Both the position numbers and the translations under genes were made by a program. Under the pieces are notes generated by a model, which saw only the letters and a program-made list of their open reading frames with translations, had not been told where the DNA came from and did no database searches. This document shows positions 1 to 9,874 of a stretch of 64,000 bases of DNA, in pieces. Within the stretch, counting starts at the first letter, position 1. Each line of letters begins with the position of its first letter. Origin of the DNA: a bacterium (lineage in GTDB: Bacteria; SAR324; NAC60-12); the NCBI GenBank assembly GCA_965233585.1, contig CBDDTI010000747.1, positions 160,001 through 224,000 on the forward strand. Reading direction: 5' to 3'.

Positions 1-1
1 T

Positions 2-553
2 CGTTGGTCTGCAAGAAATGGTCATACAGTTGTCGCGTTCAATGGAAAACTTTGGGTCATGGGAGGTGAAGGTGGAGTCAGGAAAAACGATGTATGGAGT
101 TCTTCTGATGGTCAAACTTGGACACAGGTAACACCCTCTGCAAGTTGGTCTGTTCGTGATGATCATACAAGCGTCGTATTTGATGGCAAACTCTGGGTGC
201 TAGGGGGATATGATGGAAATAGTCGCTTCAACGATGCTTGGAGTTCTTCTGATGGCAAGAATTGGACAGAACACAAGATTCCATTAGGCAAGACTCGTTG
301 GTCTAGGCGTGAAGATCATACAAGTGTCGTCTTTGATAGCAAACTCTGGGTGATGGGTGGAACTGACGGAGGAACAAAAAACGACGTTTGGAGTTCTCCT
401 GATGGTGTCAATTGGACAAAAGTCACTGACGCAGCAGGCTGGTCTACTCGTCTGTATCATATAAGTGTCGTCTTCAAAAACAAAATCTGGGTGCTGGGAG
501 GAGGGGCAACCAGCTCTAATCGCAAAAACGATGTTTGGGCATTTGGTCCTTAG
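2..553 (+). CDS. Kelch-like beta-propeller repeat protein, 5'-truncated by the window edge
   Basis: Frame is open from base 2 (RWSARNGHTVVAFNGKLWVMGG...). Four repeats of WSxRxxH..VVF.GKLWVxGG...NDVW(SSxDG). Confidence 0.85.
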   Translation, partial: RWSARNGHTVVAFNGKLWVMGGEGGVRKNDVWSSSDGQTWTQVTPSASWSVRDDHTSVVFDGKLWVLGGYDGNSRFNDAWSSSDGKNWTEHKIPLGKTRWSRREDHTSVVFDSKLWVMGGTDGGTKNDVWSSPDGVNWTKVTDAAGWSTRLYHISVVFKNKIWVLGGGATSSNRKNDVWAFGP

Positions 554-608
554 GCATTCTCAAAACTTACCCAGCTTGCTTACCATAAGCAAGCACCTCT
601 TGTCTTTT

Positions 609-1010
609 GTCATTGCTCACTTTGAAAACCTTCATTGCGGGTTTGACCCGCAATCTCCTTTGTTTCCTAAACGACCCCGTCATTGCTCACTTTAAAAAAC
701 CGCCATTGCGGGCGTGTCTTGGTCATTGGGGACCTGACCCGCAATCTTCTTTGTTTTTTCTTCTTCGTTCACTTTTTTTGAGATTCCACATCAAGTGCGG
801 AATGACGGAGGACGTTTGAGATTCCGTGTCAAGCACGGAATGACAAAGAACGTCTTTACCTTGAAACCCGTCATTGCGGGCTTGACCCACAATCTGCCCT
901 TGTCTTTTTCCCAATAATTCCTTTTTTTTAGATTCCGTGTCAGGCACGGAATGACGGGAGCATCATTGCTTAACTTGAAAACTGTCATTGCGGGCTTGAC
1001 CCACAATCTC
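609..1010. repeat. Cluster of about 7 CGTC/GTCATT-tagged palindromic (REP/RPE/dRS3-like) units
   Basis: Unit A GTCATTGCGGGCTTGACCC(G/A)CAATCT and unit B AGATTCCGTGTCA(A/G)GCACGGAATGAC occur repeatedly, in inverted A-B pairs. Confidence 0.9.
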
Positions 1011-1100
1011 TCTTTTGTTATAGCTTCTTCTTTTTTCCAAAAATCTGCTAGGCTAGGTATATTTTACTTTTTAGAATTTTAATTATTAAGGAGACAAACA

Positions 1101-1283
1101 ATGACCGATGAAGAACTCAAACAGCTGGTGGCTTCGTTAGCCATCTCACAAGCCAAAACCGATGAACAACTTGCTGAAGGAAATCGGCAAATTCAAGAAT
1201 TCCGGAGTTCCCAAGCAGAAACGACTTTGCAACTTCAGGGACTTAGAGCGGCAGTGGCAAGCATAATGAGCATGAGTCTGTGA
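1101..1283 (+). pseudogene. N-terminal fragment of a DUF3782-like coiled-coil/PD-(D/E)XK-associated protein
   Basis: RBS AAGGAG; MTDEELKQLVASLAISQAKTDEQL start typical of this family. Sequence runs into the antisense of the SNF2 fragment at about 1255. Confidence 0.55.
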
Positions 1284-1985
1284 GTTTTTAATTTTGTGGC
1301 TTTCATCAACAATTAAAAGGTCTATCTTGAGAATATTTTTGATCGTGTCTAATCCTGTTTTTCTGTTTGTGCCTTTCCATAAAGTCTCAGAAAGCAGACT
1401 GTAAGGAATGATGGCTTTGCTGTAACGTCTTGGCCATTCACCCTCCATGTCTGTTTGTGAAACACAGTACTGGAGTGTCTTGCCGTCCAGTTCAACAAAA
1501 TCTTCTTGAAATCGTTTAAATTCCAAACTCCATTTGCGATCTATGACCAAAGGTTTAGGACAGATGACAAACACGTTTTCCATGGTCTGACGTGCTTGCA
1601 GTTCTTTAAAAATTAAGCAAGTTTCAATGGTTTTTCCAACACCCACATCATCGGCAATCAATAGTCTAGGAGAAGACGCCTTCAGAAACTTCAAAACAGG
1701 TCTGTATTGATAAGGCACAAAGTCCACATCACCGCTATTAGGAGAGCCGACCAAAAAAGTTCCCGGTGCATGCAAGACTTCTGCTGTGATTCTTGCCTTC
1801 AAAAGTTTCAAACTGGCTTCAGTCTTGACCTCCTCAAAAAGAGTGAGTTGCTCGGCATAAAACTTTTGAATAGAGCCATTGATAAAAACAGAATATTGAA
1901 AACTTTCACCAAAACGTTCGGCTTCTACAATCACTCCTCTCAGCTCAGGGTTAGACTTCACTTGAACAATGTCGTGTTTTTTCAT
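1146..1985 (-). pseudogene. SNF2-family helicase N-terminal fragment (RapA/DrmD-like)
   Basis: PYQ Q-motif, LLIADDVGVGKT Walker A, LIVDESH Walker B. Homology stops at about 1260 and there is no HelicC domain. Confidence 0.8.
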
Positions 1986-2112
1986 AATTTTTTGCAGTTA
2001 AAAGATAATTTAGTCAAATGTTCATTACAAACAAATCAAGATGATGAAATGAGATGAGACGGTTGATGATGCGATGATTCAAAAAAAACTTGCGATTCAG
2101 AAACGCTTATTT

Positions 2113-3144
2113 TCAGAAGTGAGTTTCAATGACTTTTAAGACTTCTGCAGGAGAGATGGAATGCAGGCACAGTCTGTCTTCTTGGATTTGGCAACGTCCC
2201 TGTCCTGTGCGTGAGCAGGGTCTGCAAGGTAGGTCAACCTCTAAGACATGACTTTGGGGCAGGAAAGGAGCGTATCCCCATTGTTTCACAGTCGGTCCAA
2301 AAAGAGCGATGACAGGCGTCTTGACTGACTCTGCAAGATGCACGACTGATGAGTCATTGGACACTGCCAGCTTGGCAAACTTCAAGGCTGTTGCTGATTC
2401 TAAGATAGAAAAAATTCCTGCAAAACAAGCAACATCGCCACCTAAATTGTCTTGCAAGTCCCATGCTTCTTGGTCTTCTGCACCACCCAAGATGATAAGG
2501 TCATAACCTTTGATGAGCAGTTGTTCTCCTAAAGTACTGAATGAATCCAAAGACCACTTCTTGCCTTCAAACGAAGCACCCGGTGCCAGTGCAATCAACG
2601 GTTTGGTTAAAGAGACTCCAGCTTGTTGCAGTTGTGCTTGGACGTCTGATTCCATCTCTTGAGACAAGAAGAGTTCAGAGGTGGGTTGTTCAGAGAGAGT
2701 TGCCCATTTGGCAAGCGGTGCAAGGAGCATCTGCCTGAAGGATCGTTGAGGCATCAGGTCTATTTTGAATCGTGTCAACAGGGTTCTTTTCCAGCCATAC
2801 TTGCGAATGCGTATCAGCTGAAAACCCCGCTTCAGCATTCTGACCAAAGACCTGCTTCTCAATGACGAATGGGCATCATAGACAAGGTCAAATTGCTGTG
2901 TTTTTAAATCTTTGCCAAGTTCTTTAACTCCCAACTTCTGACTTCGGTCTAATCCAAAAACCTGATGAATGTAGGGATTATTGCTGACCACTTCTACAAA
3001 TTCTTGCGAGGTGACAAAAGTGATTTGTGCCTCAGGAAAGGTGTCATATAATTCTTTGAAGAGTACCGTCGTTAAAACAACATCTCCTAAAGAACTAAAG
3101 CGAATGACAAGAATTTTGGAGATTTTTTTCTTTTTCTTAAACAA
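2113..3144 (-). CDS. Glycosyltransferase family 9 (LPS heptosyltransferase)
   Basis: KILVIRFSSLGDVVL, APGAS...KKW, SNDSSVVHLA and LFGPT motifs. Confidence 0.9.
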   Translation of the reverse strand: MFKKKKKISKILVIRFSSLGDVVLTTVLFKELYDTFPEAQITFVTSQEFVEVVSNNPYIHQVFGLDRSQKLGVKELGKDLKTQQFDLVYDAHSSLRSRSLVRMLKRGFQLIRIRKYGWKRTLLTRFKIDLMPQRSFRQMLLAPLAKWATLSEQPTSELFLSQEMESDVQAQLQQAGVSLTKPLIALAPGASFEGKKWSLDSFSTLGEQLLIKGYDLIILGGAEDQEAWDLQDNLGGDVACFAGIFSILESATALKFAKLAVSNDSSVVHLAESVKTPVIALFGPTVKQWGYAPFLPQSHVLEVDLPCRPCSRTGQGRCQIQEDRLCLHSISPAEVLKVIETHF

Positions 3145-3357
3145 CTTCTTTTTAGTAATTTATTTTTGAAAAACTTCTTTTTGAATTGATTTTGAACAAC
3201 TCATTTCACCATTGTTCTTCTCATTATTTCATCATTGTTCAAAGACAATGAAGGACAATTTGCTTGCAAATTCTCATCAAAGTATCATACTTTGAAAATT
3301 TTTGGGCAAGGTTTGCCTAATCAAATCAATCAAAAACACTCGTTCTACTGAACAACC

Positions 3358-3522
3358 ATGGCGACATTACAACAACACTTGCAAACACTAAAGGAACATT
3401 CGCATAACACCAGGGAACAAGGGGCATCGTTTGAAAAGCTGATGCAAGCCTTTTTGTTGAAAGACAAAGAACAACAACAACGTTTTTCAAATTTTAAAAA
3501 ACTCCAGCATTTTGTCTTTTAA
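3358..3522 (+). pseudogene. Truncated duplicate of the Type ISP gene 5' end
   Basis: About 3235-3492 is a near-copy of about 4201-4477, including the promoter. Encodes MATLQQHLQTLKEHSHN...QQRFSN, then stops. Confidence 0.85.
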
Positions 3523-3550
3523 ATAGAAGTTTGTTAGGCTTATCTACGTT

Positions 3551-3727
3551 ATGAAACAAATATTAGTAGTCTATCTGACTTTAAGTCTGATTGGTTTTGG
3601 TTATCTTATTGGATATGTCATAGAAGAAATAGCCACCGTACAGGAGTTATCATTCTTATTTTGGGGACTTTTTATTGTTCATATCAGTAGTCTATTGGGT
3701 TTATATCTTTTAAAAGGAGACGATTAA
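3551..3727 (+). CDS. Small two-TM membrane protein (58 aa)
   Basis: MKQILVVYLTLSLIGFGYLIG...FLFWGLFIVHISSLLGLYLLKGDD. Promoter-like TTGTCT-17-TAGGCT (3512-3540) just upstream. Confidence 0.5.
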   Translation: MKQILVVYLTLSLIGFGYLIGYVIEEIATVQELSFLFWGLFIVHISSLLGLYLLKGDD

Positions 3728-3728
3728 A

Positions 3729-3824
3729 ATGCTAGAGCTTATCACTGTGTTATTTGTTGCTTGCCCTGTTGCTTGTCTTGTCATTGTCATATTAGAGAAG
3801 CGAAAAAAGAACCAAGTCATTTGA
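3729..3824 (+). CDS. Micro membrane peptide (31 aa)
   Basis: RBS AAGGAG; MLELITVLFVACPVACLVIVILEKRKKNQVI (TM helix plus basic tail). Confidence 0.45.
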   Translation: MLELITVLFVACPVACLVIVILEKRKKNQVI

Positions 3825-3841
3825 ACAAGATTCAAGGAAGA

Positions 3842-3943
3842 ATGACAAGCTATCTCATCATCGGTACAACCATCATCTTTAGTGTTTCATGTGCTAAAGA
3901 GATTTACATCGCCTATAAAAAATCATCAAAATCTAATCAGTAA
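3842..3943 (+). CDS. Micro membrane peptide (33 aa)
   Basis: RBS AAGGAAG; MTSYLIIGTTIIFSVSCAKEIYIAYKKSSKSNQ. Confidence 0.4.
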   Translation: MTSYLIIGTTIIFSVSCAKEIYIAYKKSSKSNQ

Positions 3944-4246
3944 AAAGGAACAAGATGCTGGCAACAATGGTCATATCAGCCGCTAGTATTTTTTAGTGAC
4001 AACATGATTTGGTTGTTACTTTGCCATCTCAAAATCACAAAGTTGACAACTTCCCTGACTGATGACTTCTTTTTTCCAAGAGCTTAAAAAATGATTTGAC
4101 TCATTGTAGCTTCAGCTTGTTTTAGTAATCTACCTTCTAAATAATCCATTTCATCATTTTTGGAACGATTCATCATCATCATTGTTTTTTGTTCTTTTGA
4201 TTGTTCAAAGTCAATAAAAAAATAATCAAGGTCAATCAAGGACAAT

Positions 4247-4275
4247 TTGCTTGCAAATTCTTATCAAAGTATCAT
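4247..4275 (+). promoter_or_regulatory. Sigma70-like promoter of the Type ISP gene
   Basis: TTGCTT-17 nt-TATCAT, conserved in the duplicate copy at about 3260-3288. Confidence 0.55.
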
Positions 4276-7200
4276 AATTCAAAAATTTTTGGGCAAGGTT
4301 TGTCTAATCAAATCAATCAACAACACTTCATTTCACTGAACAACCATGACGACATTACAACAACATCTGCAAACACTAAAGGAACATTCTCACAACAACA
4401 GAGAACGAGGACTTTTGTTTGAAAAGCTGATGCAAGCCTTTTTGCTAAAAGACAAAGAACAACAACGTTTTTCAAACGTCTGGCTTTGGAGTGAATGGGC
4501 AGAACAGCAACAAATCTCAAAAACAGACACAGGCATTGACTTGGTCGCACAGCAACGTGACGGAACGCTTTGTGCCATTCAATGTAAGTTTTATGACGAA
4601 CAGCATACGTTGCAAAAGTCAGACATTGACAGTTTTTTTACAGCATCAGGCAAGGCATACAATCAGCAGACGTTTCAAAACCGTTTGATTATTTCAACCA
4701 CTGACAAATGGAGCAAGCATGCAGACGAAGCCTTACAAAAACAGCAGATTCCATGCTCAAGACTAGGCGTGCAAGATTTGACTCAAAACTCATCTATCAA
4801 AGATTGGGGTGATTTGCAAAATCCTCAAAGCACCATTCAAGTTGATGAGCGTAAAAAGACCCCTAGACCGCACAAAGGGACGCCATCAATGCCGTGTTAC
4901 AAGGATTGCAAAGTGCTGATGAGGGCAAGCTCATCATGGCTTGTGGCACAGGCAAAACCCTGACTGCTCTTTGGGTTATGGAAGAATGGCTTAAAACGCA
5001 AGAGTCTCAAGACAAAGAAGGCGTCAAAAATGACCAGTTTGTCTTGTTTCTTGTGCCTTCACTGGCTTTGCTTTCCCAGACGATGAAGGAATGGGCAAGG
5101 GAACAAAATCAAGGCATGCCGCAACGTGTCTTTGCTGTCTGTTCTGATGCCAAAGTTGGCAAGAACGAAGAAGATTTACAAATCTCTGACCTCACCATTC
5201 CCCCAACCACTGATGCCAGCGATTTGGCAAAGCATCTGAAAACGATTCAATACGGTCGGGTCAATGTGGTCTTTTCTACTTATCAATCCTTAGCAGTCAT
5301 TCAAGAGGCTCAAAATGAACATGACGCACCAGCTTTTGACCTAGTGATTTGTGATGAAGCACACCGCACCACTGGCATTGATAAATCTGCAGGACTTGAC
5401 AAAGCCCAAGCAAGCAAGGTTGTCAAACCCTCTCATTTCAATTTAATCCATGACAAGGAGGCAATCCAAGCCAAGAAGCAACTTTACATGACTGCTACGC
5501 CAAGAATTTATGCAGACAGTGCCAAATCCAAAGCCAAAGAACACAACGTGCAAGTCTTTTCAATGGACGATAAAGCAGTTTACGGTAGCGAATTTTATAG
5601 GCTGGACTTTAGCGAAGCAGTGAAAAGAGATTTGTTGACCGATTACAAAGTCATCGTGTTGAGTGTGTCTGAAAATGCGGTTGACTTGGCAATGCAAGGA
5701 GTTTTGGCAACGTCAGGCGAGCTAAAATTGCCAGACCTTGCTAAGCTGTTTGGCTGTTGGTCTGGACTGGCAAAAAAGATTGCCACACCTACAAAAGAAG
5801 AAGCTGATGCCCTCAAGATTGACCCACTTCCCATGAAACGAGCCGTTGCTTTTTGCAAAGACATCAAAACCTCCAAAGCCATTCAAAACAGCTTTGCCAA
5901 CATGCTGACCTATTTTGCCAAAAATAATCCTGAACTGAACATCAATTTGCAATGTGAAACGCAACATGTGGACGGCACCATGAATGCGTTGCAACGAAAC
6001 GAAAAACTACGTTGGCTCAAAGACGAGTCTGAAAAGCAAAATGAATCTGCAAATGTTTGTCGGATTTTGAGTAATGCACGTTGTTTGTCTGAAGGAGTGG
6101 ACGTGCCTGCACTGGATGCCGTGTTGTTTTTGAACCCCAGAAAGTCGCAAATTGATGTCGTGCAAGCGGTGGGTCGTGTCATGCGGAAGTCAGAGGGCAA
6201 GAAGTATGGCTACATCATTTTGCCAATCGCAGTGCCTGCCTCTGACTCACCAGAGGACTCACTCAATCAACAACAAACTTATGAGGTAGTCTGGCAGATT
6301 TTACAAGCATTGCGTTCTCACGATGACCGATTCAATGCCATGATTAACAAGCTGGAACTCAACAAAAAGAAACCGCACAATCTCATCATTGGAACTCCTG
6401 AACACTTGCCTGATGAAAAAACTGAACAACTGACGATTGACTTTCCCCTTGATGACTTTTCTAATGCCATTTATGCCAAGTTAGTCCTGAAGTGTGGCGA
6501 CCGCACCTATTGGGAAAACTGGGCAAACGATGTTGCCACCATTGCACAGCGAAACATTGCCAGAATCAACAACCTCATTCAACACAATCAAAGTTGTCAA
6601 GATTTGTTTGCTGAATTTTTAAAAAGCCTTCAGGCAAACCTCAATCCCAGCCTTGACCAAAATGAAGCGATTGAGATGCTGGCACAACATGTCATCACCA
6701 AACCTGTCTTCAATGCCTTGTTTGAAGGTTATGACTTTGCTGAACACAATCCTATTTCTCAAAGCATGCAAACGGTGCTGGATTTGCTGGAAGACGAAGG
6801 CTTGGACAAAGAGACAGGAGATTTGGCAAAGTTTTATGAAAGCGTCAGAGACCGAGCCAAAGACATTGACAATTTAGAAGGCAAGCAACGGATTATCATT
6901 GAATTGTATGACAAATTTTTCAAAACCGCTTTCCCCAAAGTCACGGAACGGCTGGGCATTGTTTACACTCCTGTTGAAGTGGTGGACTTCATCTTACACT
7001 CGGTGCAACACCTCTTGCATCAAGAATTTGGACGCAGTTTGTCTGACGAAGGCATTCATGTTCTTGACCCCTTCACTGGCACAGGCACGTTCATCACAAG
7101 ACTTTTGCAAGACCCAATGCTCATCAATGATGCTGACCTTGAACGCAAATACAACCAAGAACTGCATGCCAACGAACTTGTTTTGCTTGCTTACTACATT

Positions 7201-7285
7201 GCGACCATCAACATTGAAAATGCCTTTCATCATCGTTTGGAACAAGCAAAGGGTAATGGCAAAACAGGTCAACAAAAGCACACCC

Positions 7286-7350
7286 GTCATTCCGTGCTTG
7301 ACACGGAATCTCAAAACAAGAGTGAGATTGCGGATCAAGTCCGCAATGAC
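7286..7350. repeat. Palindromic B-A dimer inserted in-frame in the Type ISP MTase region
   Basis: GTCATTCCGTGCTTGACACGGAATCTCA...TGAGATTGCGGATCAAGTCCGCAATGAC encodes RHSVLDTESQNKSEIADQVRND. Near reverse complement of 10557-10622. Confidence 0.9.
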
Positions 7351-7941
7351 TTGGGAAGCGAGGGGAATGAAGAAAGCCGAGAACACCAATATCAACCTTT
7401 TCAAGGGGCTGTCTTGACCGACACTTTTCAAATGGCAGAAAAACAAAGCAACTTTCAAGACAAGATTTTCCAAGAAAACCGAGACCGTGCCAACCAACAA
7501 AACCAAGCACCGATTCAAGTCATCATTGGCAACCCGCCTTACTCCGCAGGTCAACGGTCTGCCAATGACAACAACCAAAACCTCAAATATGAAATTTTAG
7601 ATGACCAAATTGCAAAATCTTATGTGAAAGAATCAAGAAGCACAACCAGAACCAGTGTTTATGATTCCTACATCAGAGCGATTAAATGGGGAAGTGAACG
7701 ATTGGGAAACAAAGGCATCATGGCACTGGTCACCAATGCAGGTTGGATTGAAAGCAATTCAGCAGATGGCATGAGAAAATGCCTACAACAAGACTTTAGC
7801 AGCATTTATGTTTTTCACTTGCGGGGGAATGCACGAACACAAGGAGAGCAAAGACGCAAAGAAAAAGATAACATTTTTGAAGAAGGAAGCAGAACCCCGA
7901 TTGCGATTACTTTTTTTGTGAAGAATCCAGAGTCCTCATCA

Positions 7942-8073
7942 GTCATTCCGTGCCTAGACACGGAATCTATCGTCAATCAAGGCGTGGATTCCTGCTTCGC
8001 TCCGAATGACGAAAGAAACGAGAATGAGATTGCGGGTCAAGCCCGCAATGACAAAAAGCAAGTCCGCAATGAC
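7942..8073. repeat. Compound palindromic insertion (3.5 units) in-frame in Type ISP
   Basis: Units at 7942-7968, 7986-8010, 8026-8052 and a half unit at 8059-8073. Encodes VIPCLDTES...EIAGQARNDKKQVRND. Confidence 0.9.
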
Positions 8074-8980
8074 GAAGACAGTGCGGGTTGCCAAATCTAC
8101 TATCACGACATTGGCGATTATTTGACAAGAGATGAAAAGCTAAAAATCATCAAAGGCTTTGGCAGCATGGCAGGCATTTCATCAGGCAAAACGTGGTCAG
8201 ACATTGGTTTTCATTCTGAAAAAGCAAGGTCTTTACAAACAGGCTGGCAAACCATCACACCAGACAAACATCACGATTGGATCAACCAACGAGACGACTC
8301 TTTCAATGACCACCTTCAAATTGGAAACAAAAAAGACAACACAGGCAAAGTTTTTTTTAAAAATTATTCAAGTGGTGTGATTACACAGCGTGATGTGTGG
8401 GTTTATCATTCTTCCAAAACGGAGTTGGAAACCAATGTCAGAGCCATGATTAATTTTTACAATTCCGAAGTGCGACGATGGCAAAAGTCCAATCAAAGTT
8501 TAGATGTCAAAGATTTTGTCAACAATGACCCTACTAAAATGGCTTGGATTAAGAAAAGTTATGATCAATGCAGACAAGCTAAAACTCATTCTTATCAAAG
8601 TCATTTTTTAACAATAAGTCTTTATCGTCCCTTTCAAAAGCAGTGGTTTTATTCTGATCTTTCATTAAGTCACAGTTTTTATTCCATGCCCCAAATCTTC
8701 CCTAATCCAGATTTGCCTAACAAAGTGATTTGTGTGAGTGGTGTTGGTTCTAACAAAGATTTTTCATGTCTCATAGCTGATACGTTGCCTGATATTCAGG
8801 TTATGTTTAATGGTCAATGTTTTCCGTTGTTTTTGTATGAGAAGGAAAAGAAAGATCAAAAAGAAATGTTAGAGGAAGAAAGACAAATTTTTCTGGAGAA
8901 TGGAGAGAGTTATCGGCAAACAGACGGCATCACTGACTTTGCGTTAAGGGAGTTTTTCGCGTTTTACTCTTCAGATGATT

Positions 8981-9007
8981 CCCTCCAGACAAGGAGGGTT
9001 AGGGAGG
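8981..9007. repeat. Second palindrome family (CCCTCC-loop-GGAGGG-TTAGGGAGG) in-frame in Type ISP
   Basis: Hairpin CCCTCC AGACAA GGAGGG followed by TTAGGGAGG. Encodes SLQTRRVREV just before the conserved KENIFYY. Confidence 0.55.
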
Positions 9008-9282
9008 TTTTGAACAAAGAAAATATTTTTTATTATATTTATGGGATTTTGCATAGTGTGGAATATCGTGAGAAGTTTGCAGACAACTTAAGTAAGCAGT
9101 TGCCACGGATTCCAAAGGTCAAAAGTTTTGTAGACTTTCAAAAGTTTTCTCAAGCAGGTCGTGAGTTAGCAGACTTGCATTTGAATTATGAAAACGTCCC
9201 GCTTTATCCTGTCTCTTTTCAAACTTCATCAGCTTTGGAAGGCTTACAAGCGAAACCTGACGGGATAGTCCAGAACAAGAAT

Positions 9283-9330
9283 GAGATTGCGGGTCAAGCC
9301 CGCAATGACGCAGGAAGCGAGGGAAATGAA
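9283..9330. repeat. Palindromic A unit plus flank inside the Type ISP 3' region
   Basis: GAGATTGCGGGTCAAGCCCGCAATGAC followed by GGAAGCGAGGGAAATGAA, a flank shared with the 7286-7370 copy. Confidence 0.9.
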
Positions 9331-9694
9331 CACCGCCAGCAATTACGTTCACAAGATGAAATTTGCCAACAAAGCAGACAAAAGCATCGTCATTTACAAC
9401 GAACACATCACGATTGCAGACATTCCACTGGAGGCTTACGATTACATCGTCAATGGCAAACCTGCGTTGGAATGGGTGATGGAAAGGCAAGGAGTCCGCA
9501 CTCACAAAGATTCGCAAATCACCAACGATGCCAATTTGTTTGCTACCGAAACGATGCACAATGCCAAATACCCGCTTGAACTCTTCTGCCGTGTCATCAC
9601 CGTCAGCCTTGAAACCATGAAGATTGTCAATCACTTGCCAAAATTGGAGTTTTAGATTTGTCTTTTGCTTTGCCTGTTCATTTTGCGTCAGGCA

Positions 9695-9844
9695 GGCAAT
9701 CAATTCTTTTTCTTTGTTTTGCCCTTGTCCCGTCATTGCGGGCTTGACCCGCAATCTCTTTTTTTCATTTTGTGTTCACTCTTTTTTGAGATTCCGTGTC
9801 AAGCACGGAATGACAGGAGGATTTTGAGACTTCGTGTCAAGCAC
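9695..9844. repeat. Intergenic palindromic A-B dimer with shared flanks and a truncated extra B unit
   Basis: A at 9732-9757, B at 9788-9814, partial B at 9826-9844. Same layout as 722-844. Confidence 0.9.
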
Positions 9845-9874
9845 TCAAGTGGCTGAAGAAGGTTGCATCAATCA

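Larger units (their letters stand above)
4346..9655 (+). pseudogene. Type ISP (LlaGI/LlaBIII-like) restriction-modification enzyme with two frameshifts (pseudogene or sequencing errors)
   Basis: Mrr-like nuclease DTGIDLV...AIQCKFY (4346-4870), helicase MACGTGKT/DEAHR/DVVQAVGRVMRK, MTase DPFTGTG/GNPPY, then TRD. The conserved C-terminus KMKF...YIVNGKPALEWVMERQ is in another frame. Shifts at about 4873 and about 9330-9345. Confidence 0.9.

Noticed and set aside
465..1006. Short ORFs (465-695, 607-819, 723-947, 791-1006) and similar ones at 9624-9856
   Set aside because: They are translations of the palindromic repeats (RHCGLDPQS, VIPCLTRNL) with no independent coding evidence.
609..1010. CRISPR array
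   Set aside because: Units alternate in orientation and type, spacers are irregular and low-complexity, and there are no cas genes. It fits REP-like palindromes.
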